Assembly (NCBI GenBank): GCA_964486045.1
Contig: CAZALK010000012.1
Coordinates: 96,001 to 160,000, forward strand
Length of the DNA: 64,000 nt
Source of the DNA: an uncultured archaeon
GTDB lineage: Archaea; Asgardarchaeota; Lokiarchaeia; Sigyniarchaeales; SOKP01
Reading direction: 5' to 3'
Both the position numbers and the translations under genes were made by a program. Within the stretch, counting starts at the first letter, position 1. Every line of letters starts with the position of its first letter. Under the pieces are notes generated by a model. It saw only the letters and a list, made by a program, of their open reading frames with translations. It was not told the DNA's origin and ran no database searches. This document shows positions 1 through 9,101 of this stretch, piece after piece.

Positions 1-1
1 A

Positions 2-1045
2 TTTTGTCCGATATGTGGAAACAAGCTCCCGACTATTCAAAACCTTAAATATTGCATAGTTTGTGGTACAGATATTAAATATATTAAAGAGAATAAAAAA
101 TTAAGGCCTGCCTACACTTCTAATCCATACAAATCCCCAATGCTGTATTCCCAAGATAAACCCCGTTCTATCCCATCTATCTATTATGGTCCTGAAAAAA
201 TTTCTGATGAAAATTTAATTGATAATAAAGAACATAAACTTTGGAGCACTACGGCTTCAATTGGATTACCATTTGCAGCTCTTTTATTAATGCAAGGTTT
301 AATTGGGGGATTTCTTACTTTAGTTATGTTCTTATTTTTTAATGTAGATTTCTATTCAAATTTATTATCAAACTCTTATCTTACTTCCTTAATATCAATT
401 TTTGAGCTTATATTTTTATTACTACCTATATTATATGTACGTAAATATCTTCAGAATCCAACATTAAAAAATAGGTTAATTTTATTCGGATTTACTACGA
501 GAGGCTATGACAGGAGAAGAATTTCAAAGGAAATTTTAATAGGGTTGGGTTTTGCGGTAATAGGTGTATTCATTGTGACTCTTGTATCGGTTGGAACCGA
601 ATTATTTTTAGAGCTTGTTTTTGGAATTACTATCATCCAAGATTCAACTAGTTTAACGGGTGAAATTATTCCCTCAGATTTAATTAGCTTGATTGTCTTT
701 TCTGTAGTTATAATTTTAGTAATTGGTACTTCTGAAGAAGTTTTATTCAGAGGATTTATGCAAAAAGGGTTGGTTCGAAACTTAGGAGATAAATGGGGGA
801 TAATAATAACAGCCCTTATATTTTCATTAATTCATCTGCTAGGGATCTTTCTGATTGCATTAGAATCACCTTTTTTGTTCGTAATCTCATTTCTCTTATC
901 TTTTACTCCTTATTTTGCTATCTCCCTGATTTTAGGCTGGCTTTATCATTGGAGAAGTGAAAATTTATTAGCTGTAATGATAACTCATGGTGTATATGAT
1001 GTGTTGGTAGTAGTGATAACTTACTTGTTCTATGGGATATTTTAA
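2..1045 (+). CDS. CPBP/Abi (CAAX protease-like) intramembrane metalloprotease with N-terminal double zinc ribbon; 5'-truncated by window edge
   Basis: Frame is open from position 2 (FCPICG...YCIVCG) into the 140..1045 ORF. Has EEVLFRG, FSLIH and HGVYD CPBP motifs and many TM segments. Confidence 0.85.
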   Translation, partial: FCPICGNKLPTIQNLKYCIVCGTDIKYIKENKKLRPAYTSNPYKSPMLYSQDKPRSIPSIYYGPEKISDENLIDNKEHKLWSTTASIGLPFAALLLMQGLIGGFLTLVMFLFFNVDFYSNLLSNSYLTSLISIFELIFLLLPILYVRKYLQNPTLKNRLILFGFTTRGYDRRRISKEILIGLGFAVIGVFIVTLVSVGTELFLELVFGITIIQDSTSLTGEIIPSDLISLIVFSVVIILVIGTSEEVLFRGFMQKGLVRNLGDKWGIIITALIFSLIHLLGIFLIALESPFLFVISFLLSFTPYFAISLILGWLYHWRSENLLAVMITHGVYDVLVVVITYLFYGIF

Positions 1046-1902
1046 TGAGTATACTACAAAAATTTGAATTATTGTCAAAGAAAAAAAGTACTAACATAGG
1101 AATAGGATTAGGCACATCAGAATTACACAACCAAAAGATCTTAAAAGCATGTCTTGATTTTTTAGAAGATCACACGTCGAATATTTATATTTTTGGTAAT
1201 AAACGCTCTATAGTCGGTCTTAATAAACAAGATTTTACTGAAAAACACAAGCATAATGTAAATTTAATTGAATGCGAAGAAACTGAAAAGAAGATTTTTG
1301 AATCTCTTAAGAATAACTCGATCAATGCAATTATTAGGGGTTCTTTAAGTTCAAGCAGTTTCTTAGCAAATCTTAAAAAATCCTTAAGTGTAGAAAAAAT
1401 AAACAGATTGACGCTATTAGAAACGGTAAGTGGACACCAATTCTTCTATGGTCCTGTTGGTATTGATGAATGTAGGAACGTTGAGGAAAAGATCGAATTT
1501 ATTGAAAAAGCTTTAGGTGCATTCGAATTCTTAAATATCAATCCTATTGTAACCGTATTAAGTGGGGGGAGGCGGGGTGATATAGGAAGAGATGAAAAAG
1601 TTGATAAATCTATTAGAGACGGAGATAAAGTTGTGGAAATTTTGAAGAGGAAATATTCAAGTCTAATGATTAATCATCACGAAATATTAATTGAGAGTGC
1701 TATAATGAATAAGTCTAATTTAATCATAGCTCCTGAAGGAATCTCAGGAAATCTAATTTATAGAACTCTTGTTCACCTAGGTGGTGGAAAAGCTTATGGT
1801 GCCATTTATATGGGAACAAAAAAAGTAATTGTTGATACTTCTAGAGTTGGTGAAATTTCAGAAATTCAAGGAGCATTGCTTATAGCATTAGCTTTATCTT
1901 AA
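1045..1902 (+). CDS. mtxX: MtxX / methanogenesis marker protein 4 family (phosphotransacetylase-like fold)
   Basis: Motifs IRGSL, GPVGIDE, LSGGRxGDxGR, GISGNLIYRTL, VDTSR are typical of the family. Confidence 0.75.
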   Translation: MSILQKFELLSKKKSTNIGIGLGTSELHNQKILKACLDFLEDHTSNIYIFGNKRSIVGLNKQDFTEKHKHNVNLIECEETEKKIFESLKNNSINAIIRGSLSSSSFLANLKKSLSVEKINRLTLLETVSGHQFFYGPVGIDECRNVEEKIEFIEKALGAFEFLNINPIVTVLSGGRRGDIGRDEKVDKSIRDGDKVVEILKRKYSSLMINHHEILIESAIMNKSNLIIAPEGISGNLIYRTLVHLGGGKAYGAIYMGTKKVIVDTSRVGEISEIQGALLIALALS

Positions 1903-1907
1903 GATTC

Positions 1908-2732
1908 TTATTTTATTAAATGAGGATCATTAACTAAACGATAATTTTCATTCAATTCATCCAGTTGAGATATATCTTCTTTGTTTAGAGTAAAATCAAA
2001 TATATCTGCATTTTCACGAAGGTGTTGCTTATTTCCTGATTTAGGTATTTCTATTATTTCATGGTGCAAACCCCATCGAATTAAGATTTGAGCAGGAGTC
2101 TTTTTATATTTCTGAGCAAAAGACCTTACTACTTTATTTTTAAATTTGCTTCCTCGCGTTAGAGGAGAATAAGCTTCTACAACAATTTTATGTGATTTAC
2201 AGTAATCCATTAACTCTTTTTGATATAAAAATGGGGAAAACTCAATTTGATTAACTGTAGGTATTATTTCTGAAATTTCGAATAATTCGTTTAAATGACG
2301 TATAGTAAAATTACTTACACCAATGGAACGAGACTTTTCACTTTCATATAGTTCTTCCAACGCTTTCCATGTTTCATTTCTTAATCCACTAACGGGCCAA
2401 TGAATAAGGTAGAGATCAATATACTCTACTTTTAACCGTTTCAAGCTCTTTTCAAAAGCACTTTGAGCGTTATTATAGCCTTGTTCGCTATTCCAAACTT
2501 TAGTTGTTAAAAATATCTCGTCACGAGGTATATCTGAATCTTTCAAAGCTTTCCCAATTTCAATTTCGTTTCTATAAAGTGATGCAGTGTCAATTAACCG
2601 ATATCCTAAATCTAATGACCATAAGACTGCTTGATATGCTTCTCTACCTCTAAGACCCCATGTCCCTAAGCCTAAACACGGAATCGCCACCCCATTATTC
2701 AACTTTTGTGTTGAATCGATGTTTAATTCCAT
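1908..2732 (-). CDS. Aldo/keto reductase
   Basis: LGLGTW, IDTAxxYxNE, TTKVWN, DLYLIHWP, IGVSNF, IPKS motifs. Confidence 0.95.
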   Translation of the reverse strand: MELNIDSTQKLNNGVAIPCLGLGTWGLRGREAYQAVLWSLDLGYRLIDTASLYRNEIEIGKALKDSDIPRDEIFLTTKVWNSEQGYNNAQSAFEKSLKRLKVEYIDLYLIHWPVSGLRNETWKALEELYESEKSRSIGVSNFTIRHLNELFEISEIIPTVNQIEFSPFLYQKELMDYCKSHKIVVEAYSPLTRGSKFKNKVVRSFAQKYKKTPAQILIRWGLHHEIIEIPKSGNKQHLRENADIFDFTLNKEDISQLDELNENYRLVNDPHLIK

Positions 2733-2806
2733 ATCTTTACCTCGCTCTAATTTCTTAAGTATTATGTTGAGTTTTATTTAAAAAAAAGAGAAAAATTTAA
2801 TATTAA

Positions 2807-3106
2807 CTAACTAAGTGCACCTATTAGTGCTGCGATTAGAACTATTATTCCTCCTATCAATATTGCAAATATTAATAATAGGATTCCTAAAATTCCTAAC
2901 AAAGCTGGTGTGTAGTAAATTGGTCTAAATCCTAAAAGAATTATTAATACTGCGAAGAGCAACCCAAGAAGTCCACTTAATATACCAAAACCATATGGTA
3001 TTAATCCAAATCCTATTAATTCTAAAAAGGACTCTATTATAGCTACACAACCTCCAATTATTGCTGCAATTCGCATTAATTTATCTGATTCTTGAATTTC
3101 ACTCAT
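2807..3106 (-). CDS. Small hypothetical membrane protein
   Basis: 99 aa, 3-4 hydrophobic Gly-rich segments. Confidence 0.7.
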   Translation of the reverse strand: MSEIQESDKLMRIAAIIGGCVAIIESFLELIGFGLIPYGFGILSGLLGLLFAVLIILLGFRPIYYTPALLGILGILLLIFAILIGGIIVLIAALIGALS

Positions 3107-3279
3107 ATTTTATCACAACATCAATTTATTTAGTTTTTAATAAAAAAGAAGATCAACACTATTTAAAAACTTATAAGAATTAGGAGATGTTTATTTTACT
3201 CAAATAAATTAATGATAATCATCACTACTAATTTAATCATTTTAAAAATTTTCATTTATTATTAAATTATTATTTAACT

Positions 3280-4803
3280 ATGCTTTCATCACAATTTCAG
3301 GAGCTCATTAAGACTTTAAAATCGGAACCCATATCTAAATTCATAAGCCTAGTGGATCAATTTACGGGAAATGAACCTTACAACCTTACAAATTCGAGAT
3401 ATTATAAACAATTCAGAACAAATCTTGAAAAAGCTTACTATGAAGCGATATCTGAGCGCCTTATCTCAATGAAAAATAATTTTCTTAAGTCGAAAGAGGA
3501 TGTTGCTCAGCTTTTTGATTATTCTGATAAGCTAGGCATCTTTGTTGACGTCTCCAACATCGATGCTGAGGGGATCATTAGTGAATTACATATAGATGGT
3601 CTTAAAAAAGGACTCAGAAGTAGAATTATTGAACTTGTTAGCTTTTTTAATAAATACAACTTATTCGAGAGAAATTTTACTGCTGATGAATTAAAATTAA
3701 TACAAGAAATTAAAGCTAACAACAAACTACTTGCTGTTAACTTAAAAGAACTATTTGGAACTGTCTCGGATTCTTTAGTTTTTTATGTCTGTAAAACATT
3801 ATCTTATGATTATGTGAAATGGATAAGAGATATGTTGAAAAACCCAAGGGAATACAGATTTGTGATGAATCCAAACTCTTTAAGAAACTGGACTGACGGG
3901 TATGTAATCTATGATTTAGTTGTTAGGAATTTAGGGAGTGTAGAAGAATTTATTAGAAAAGTTGAAGATAAACAAAAAGCAGCCAATCCACAGGATGACT
4001 TGATATTTTTAGAATTTAGTCCTGCTGACCATTATAGGATATATAGAGGTGGATTTCATAGGTTGAGTGAAATCCATATTGTTTACCCCGATATTATCAA
4101 AAAGTATAAAGCAAGAGTTTTGAATAAAGAAAACTATAATTTTTATAGTTTATCAATGGTGCTGATTGGGGGAACAGGCCCAGAGGGTCTAGGGTTTACC
4201 TACTCTACTCCTAAAGGTGAAGTCATTGAAATTTGCTCGGATCAGAAAGAAACCGAAGCTATTGTAATAAAATTCAAGCAATACCTAAAAAGAAAATTTT
4301 TAAATAAACTTGAGAAAGAGATGACTAGTTTACGTATAAACGTTGACATTAGAAACAGAGTTATCAAGTATTTGTCAGAAATTATTAATCCTAAAGTTGT
4401 AGTTAGTTATTATGATAAAAGCTCGATGATAAGAAAAATTCAAAATTATTTACTTCAAATTGAAGAATTTCAACACTTGGACGAATTAAAACTAACTAAA
4501 ATCATGGAAAAGATTTCTTTGGCAATTTCAGTCATTCTAAGAAGGATTAAACTTAAAGATCAATTCATGGCACGGATGGATCTAGTTGCTAAAGGTAAAT
4601 TAAAATCTGAAGATATAGCAAAACTAACAAGCTTAAGAGGAAAATCCCATTATAATGTCTTACAAGAAAGAATGTTTCTCCAAAACAAACCTAAATGGTT
4701 TTTCAAAAACTATCCAAAAGAAATACTAGAACTAGAAAGAGAATATGAAGAACTAAGGGATAAGGTTGATGAAAGACAAAGGTTATTAAATTTTGATTAT
4801 TAA
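3280..4803 (+). CDS. Hypothetical protein, paralog 1 of 3 (most divergent)
   Basis: Shares SMVLxGGxGPxGLGFTYSTPxGExxEICSD and AKLTSLRGKSH motifs with the next two ORFs. Confidence 0.8.
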   Translation: MLSSQFQELIKTLKSEPISKFISLVDQFTGNEPYNLTNSRYYKQFRTNLEKAYYEAISERLISMKNNFLKSKEDVAQLFDYSDKLGIFVDVSNIDAEGIISELHIDGLKKGLRSRIIELVSFFNKYNLFERNFTADELKLIQEIKANNKLLAVNLKELFGTVSDSLVFYVCKTLSYDYVKWIRDMLKNPREYRFVMNPNSLRNWTDGYVIYDLVVRNLGSVEEFIRKVEDKQKAANPQDDLIFLEFSPADHYRIYRGGFHRLSEIHIVYPDIIKKYKARVLNKENYNFYSLSMVLIGGTGPEGLGFTYSTPKGEVIEICSDQKETEAIVIKFKQYLKRKFLNKLEKEMTSLRINVDIRNRVIKYLSEIINPKVVVSYYDKSSMIRKIQNYLLQIEEFQHLDELKLTKIMEKISLAISVILRRIKLKDQFMARMDLVAKGKLKSEDIAKLTSLRGKSHYNVLQERMFLQNKPKWFFKNYPKEILELEREYEELRDKVDERQRLLNFDY

Positions 4804-4943
4804 TATCAATATTATACAACTATATTGATTTAGAATATTTCATCAAATAAAGTTTTGTCATACCTTAATCTCTCATGAGTCAAAACATGAAGACAAATCA
4901 AAGGAAATCTTTGAGAGGTATTGTTATCGTTCGCTTTTAAAAT

Positions 4944-5130
4944 TTAAAATGTTTCTAGCATCGTTTACTTTAACTCCCTTATAATTGAGACATGATCTTC
5001 AGAACATATTTTCTCTTTGATGAAAATAATTGGTGGATGAAGTTTTCCATATTTTTCTCTGGTTTCTTTTGGGGTTGTGTCAATATAGCTTAAATCAACC
5101 TTCTCTTTGAATTCTGGAAATTCTTGGAAA
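4944..5130 (-). pseudogene. Remnant of a thioredoxin-fold gene paralogous to 8528..8806
   Basis: Minus strand reads FQEFPEFKEKVDLSYIDTTPKETREKYGKLHPPIIFIKEKICSEDHVSIIRELK*TMLETF*, matching the C-terminal two-thirds of 8528..8806. Lacks the CxxC N-terminus and has a premature TAA at 4965-4967. Confidence 0.75.
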
Positions 5131-5181
5131 TAATTTGAAAATTATCAAACCTAATCGGATTAAATAAAAAGCACATACCTC

Positions 5182-5256
5182 TTAATTTTAATAATCAATT
5201 AGAAATAAATTTTAATATAAAAATTGATATTGTAATATTGTTTACTAATGCTTTCG
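5182..5256 (+). repeat. Duplicated upstream/promoter region, copy 1 (copy 2 at 6790-6864)
   Basis: Near-identical ttaattttaataatcaattagaaataaattttaatataaaaattg...atgctttcg precedes both ORFs, offset 1608 bp. Confidence 0.85.
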
Positions 5257-6726
5257 ATTCAATTTCAAGAACTTCTGAAAACAATTGAAACAGGGGAGAT
5301 CTCTCAATTTGAAGACTTTTTCTTATTCTATAAAGAAATGGAATTCTTAGATTTGTCGAGTTTAGATGATTTTGACAAAATTACTGATAATACCGAAAAA
5401 TGCTATTATTTAGCTCTCTCGAAATTCATTGCAACATTAAGGTTTCATGATTTTAGCCAGTTATTTAATTACTCTGATAAATTGGGATTTTTTATTGAAG
5501 TTAAAAAGATTCCCTTTAGATTTAAAATTATAGCAAGACTACATTTAGACGGAATGCAAAGAGGGATAATAGGGAGGATCTTCGAAATTATCCGATTTTT
5601 TAATAAATATAATTTATTTGAAAGAAATTTATCTTTGAAGGAATTAAGAGTAATTGAAGATATTAGAAAAAAAGATAAACCATTGATTGCTAATTTAAGG
5701 GATAATTTTGGAATAGTATCAAATTCTCTAATATATTATTCATGCAAAATTATGCCTTATGATCTTCTTTTATCAAATGAAGAAAGAGTAAGATATCTTC
5801 TAAATAATCCTGAATATCGGGCAAAGTTTAGAGGTAGATACAGTTTAAATTATTTAAAAACGTTTACTGATTATTATTCAATGTATGGATTAAGTGTGAG
5901 GAATTTAGGCTCTATTCAACATTTTATTGATAACTTCGAAAAGAATTATGACGGTCGTAATAAATTACTAGAATTTAATATCATATACCAAACCTTCTAT
6001 TTTGGTGATGATGAAGATCATGAATTTCATGAAATAAAAAAGCATTTTGTGTCTCCAGAGAACATTTTAAAAAACAAGGATAAAATTCTGGAGGGGAATA
6101 ATTATAATTTTTATAGTATCTCTATGGTACTTCTTGGTGGCTTAGGTCCACAAGGTTTAGGGTTCACTTACTCCACTCCAAGAGGAGAAATTGTTGAAAT
6201 TTGTTCAGATCAAAAAGAAAATGAAGCTATTATCATAAAATTCAAGCAGTATTTAAAAAGAAAGTTCTTAGCTAAATTAAAAAAAGAAATGGGGAAGTTA
6301 GGTATTGAGGCTGATGTCAGAAAGAAAGTATTAGATTATTTATCAACCATACTTAATCCCAAAAATTTAATAAGCTATTATGATAAAGATCTGATTTTAA
6401 ATAAAATAAGAAAATTCCTTTTTCAGATTGATGAATTTAAACAAAATTACAAATCAGAATTAAATGAAATTATATTTAAAATAACTAAAGCTGTTTCTAT
6501 TATCCTTAGAGATATCAAACTTAGAGATCAATTCATCACACGCATGGATTTGGTTCAAGAGGGTAAAATTAAATCTGAGGATATCGCTAAACTAACAAGC
6601 CTAAGAGGAAAATCTCACCATGATGTTTTAAAGGAACGATTTTTCTTTCAAAATGAAATTAATTGGTTTTTCAATGATTATTCTAATGAAATAAAAGTTC
6701 TGGAAGAAAAATTTTTAACTTTATAA
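5248..6726 (+). CDS. Hypothetical protein, paralog 2 of 3
   Basis: Highly similar to 6856..8364 along its whole length. Confidence 0.85.
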   Translation: MLSIQFQELLKTIETGEISQFEDFFLFYKEMEFLDLSSLDDFDKITDNTEKCYYLALSKFIATLRFHDFSQLFNYSDKLGFFIEVKKIPFRFKIIARLHLDGMQRGIIGRIFEIIRFFNKYNLFERNLSLKELRVIEDIRKKDKPLIANLRDNFGIVSNSLIYYSCKIMPYDLLLSNEERVRYLLNNPEYRAKFRGRYSLNYLKTFTDYYSMYGLSVRNLGSIQHFIDNFEKNYDGRNKLLEFNIIYQTFYFGDDEDHEFHEIKKHFVSPENILKNKDKILEGNNYNFYSISMVLLGGLGPQGLGFTYSTPRGEIVEICSDQKENEAIIIKFKQYLKRKFLAKLKKEMGKLGIEADVRKKVLDYLSTILNPKNLISYYDKDLILNKIRKFLFQIDEFKQNYKSELNEIIFKITKAVSIILRDIKLRDQFITRMDLVQEGKIKSEDIAKLTSLRGKSHHDVLKERFFFQNEINWFFNDYSNEIKVLEEKFLTL

Positions 6727-6746
6727 AAAAACATTGAAATGATGAG

Positions 6747-6769
6747 TGGGAGAGGGCGACCGGGGATTT
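6747..6769 (-). repeat. Degenerate copy of the tRNA-Pro 3' end
   Basis: TGGGAGAGGG(cgacc)GGGGATTT versus TGGGAGAGGGGGGATTT at 8385-8401, at the equivalent position after the paralogous ORF. Confidence 0.6.
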
Positions 6770-6789
6770 AGATAAAAAGTTTTAATATT

Positions 6790-6864
6790 TTAATTTTAAT
6801 AATCAATTAGAAATAAATTTTAATATAAAAATTGTTATTGTAATATTGTTTACCCATGCTTTCG
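6790..6864 (+). repeat. Duplicated upstream/promoter region, copy 2
   Basis: See 5182-5256. Confidence 0.85.
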
Positions 6865-8364
6865 GTCCAATTTCTAGAACTTATTAAAACAATTGAAAAA
6901 GGAGAACTCTCTCAATTCGAAGACTTTTGCTTATACTATAAAGAAATGAAATTCTTAAGTTTGCCTGACTCAGAAGATTTCGACAAAATTTCTAATAATA
7001 GAGAGAAATGTTATTATCTAGCTCTCTCTAAATTGCTTTCACTATTATCTTTATACAGCGGTACTAATAAGGAATTGAGAAGATTTAATGAATTTAGCCA
7101 GTTGGTCAATGATTCTGATAAGTTAGGGATATTTATTGAAGTCAAAAAAATTCCTTTTAGATTTAAAATTCTCGCAGAATTGCATTTAGACGGTATTCAA
7201 AAAGGTCTGAGATGGAGGATTTTTGAGTTTATTCGATTTTTTAACAAATACAATTTATTTGAGAGAAATTTTTCTAAAGATGAGATTGAAATCGTTAAAG
7301 ATATAAGAAAAAATGATAAACCTCTTATTGCTAATTTAAAAGATTTATTTAGCAGTGTATCAGATTCATTAATTTTTTACTCATGTAAAATCATGCCCTA
7401 TGATCTTTATTTAATGTATGTAGGAAGATTTAATGGATTTTTACGTAATGGTGAAAACTCCGGAATAAGAGGGGGATATGATATAAACTTTCTAAAAAAC
7501 TGGACCGATTGGGCTTCATTTTATGGATTAAGTGTAAGAAATTTAGGTTCCATACAGGAATTTATAAATAACTTCGAAGAGAATTATGATGGCAAGAAGA
7601 AAGTGCTAGAATTTAATATCATATACAGAACCTTTTATTTTGGTGATGATGAGGATCATGAGTTCCATGAGTATAAAAAACATTTTGTGTCCCCACAGAA
7701 CATTTTAAAAAATAAAGAAAAAATATTGGAAAAAGATAATTATAAATTTTACAGTCTTTCTATGGTTCTTCGTGGTGGGTTAGGTCCGCAAGGATTAGGA
7801 TTCACATATTCTACCCCCAGAGGAGAAATTATTGAAATATGTTCAGATCGGAAAGAAAATGAAGCTATCATCATAAAATTCAAGCAGTACTTAAAAAGAA
7901 AATTTTTATCTAAATTAGAAAAAGAGATGGAGAAGTTAGGCATCAAAACTGATGTTAGAAAGAAAATATTAAACTATTTGTCAACAATACTTCATCCAAA
8001 AAATTTAATCAGCTATTATGATAAAGATCTGATTTTAAACAAAATAAGAAAGTTTGTTTATGAGATTGATGAATTTAAACAGAATTATGAATTGTCAATT
8101 CAAGATGTTATTGATAAAATATCAAAAGCTGTTTCTATAATCCTTAGAAACATCAAAGTTAGAGATCAATTCATAACACGGATGGATTTGGTTGAAAAAG
8201 GCAAAATAAAATCGGAAGATGTCGCAAAATTAACAAGTCTAAGAGGAAAGTCTCATTATGATGTTTTAAGGGAAAGATTTTTCTTTCAAAATGAAGTTAA
8301 TTGGTTTTTCGATGACTATTCTGAGGAAATAAAAGAACTTGAACAGAAATTTTTATTATTATAG
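6856..8364 (+). CDS. Hypothetical protein, paralog 3 of 3
   Basis: Same family motifs as the two previous ORFs. Confidence 0.85.
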   Translation: MLSVQFLELIKTIEKGELSQFEDFCLYYKEMKFLSLPDSEDFDKISNNREKCYYLALSKLLSLLSLYSGTNKELRRFNEFSQLVNDSDKLGIFIEVKKIPFRFKILAELHLDGIQKGLRWRIFEFIRFFNKYNLFERNFSKDEIEIVKDIRKNDKPLIANLKDLFSSVSDSLIFYSCKIMPYDLYLMYVGRFNGFLRNGENSGIRGGYDINFLKNWTDWASFYGLSVRNLGSIQEFINNFEENYDGKKKVLEFNIIYRTFYFGDDEDHEFHEYKKHFVSPQNILKNKEKILEKDNYKFYSLSMVLRGGLGPQGLGFTYSTPRGEIIEICSDRKENEAIIIKFKQYLKRKFLSKLEKEMEKLGIKTDVRKKILNYLSTILHPKNLISYYDKDLILNKIRKFVYEIDEFKQNYELSIQDVIDKISKAVSIILRNIKVRDQFITRMDLVEKGKIKSEDVAKLTSLRGKSHYDVLRERFFFQNEVNWFFDDYSEEIKELEQKFLLL

Positions 8365-8384
8365 GAAAAAAATGAATTGATTAA

Positions 8385-8488
8385 TGGGAGAGGGGGGATT
8401 TGAACCCCCGACCATTACCTGATCGCTTAAACCTTAAGAAATCTCTCGGCCCCCAGCCGAGTATCATACCAAGCTAGACTACCCTCCC
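8385..8488 (-). tRNA. tRNA-Pro(GGG) with 30-nt intron at non-canonical position 43/44 (intron 8415-8444)
   Basis: Acceptor GGGAGGG/CTCTCCC-A, anticodon arm CTCGG-CTGGGGG-CCGAG, T arm GGGGG-TTCAAAT-CCCCC. Removing AGATTTCTTAAGGTTTAAGCGATCAGGTAA leaves variable loop TGGTC and a 74-nt tRNA. No encoded CCA. Confidence 0.92.
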
Positions 8489-8527
8489 ATATTTAAGATT
8501 GGCAAGTCTATTTCAAATAATAAGCTT

Positions 8528-8806
8528 TTAAAGTGATTCCAATATCGTTTGTTTTAACTCCTTTATAATAGGAACATAACCTTCAGAAAAGATTTTCTTA
8601 TCAATGAAAATAACTGGTTGATCAAGTTCTCCATACTTATCTTTAATTTCTATCGAGGTTACGTCATTATATATTAAATCAACTTTATCTTTGAATTCTG
8701 GGAATTTTTGGGACATTTTATCAATTAATTCCTTAGCTTTATAACATTTCGAGCACCAATTTTCTTTGTTACCCTTTAAAAACACTTTAACTGCGAGTTT
8801 ATTCAT
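8528..8806 (-). CDS. Thioredoxin/glutaredoxin-fold protein
   Basis: WCSKC motif, PVIFID cis-Pro region and EGYVP. Confidence 0.8.
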   Translation of the reverse strand: MNKLAVKVFLKGNKENWCSKCYKAKELIDKMSQKFPEFKDKVDLIYNDVTSIEIKDKYGELDQPVIFIDKKIFSEGYVPIIKELKQTILESL

Positions 8807-9101
8807 ATCTAAAAACCATTATAATTGCAAAATTTTCTATTATTTATTTAAACATTCAATAAATCTAAAAATTTATCTTTTATCAGAAATCACAATGACA
8901 AATAATAATCAAGTTGCCTTTAACGAAGATTTACCAAGAGCAGGATCAGCACTATATAACCTTAACTTAAACATAAAAGATTAGCGAAATTTCTATTTGG
9001 CTCGAAACCAGAAATAGATAATCCTAATACAATTAATTTCAAAAATATTCTAGATACTCTAGTAATCGTAAGATTATATCATGAAAATGAATAAATTGAT
9101 A

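Noticed and set aside
7030-7085. About 11-codon insertion in paralog 3 relative to paralog 2 as another intron
   Set aside because: No stops, no BHB fold found, and paralog 1 has an intermediate length. An ordinary indel.
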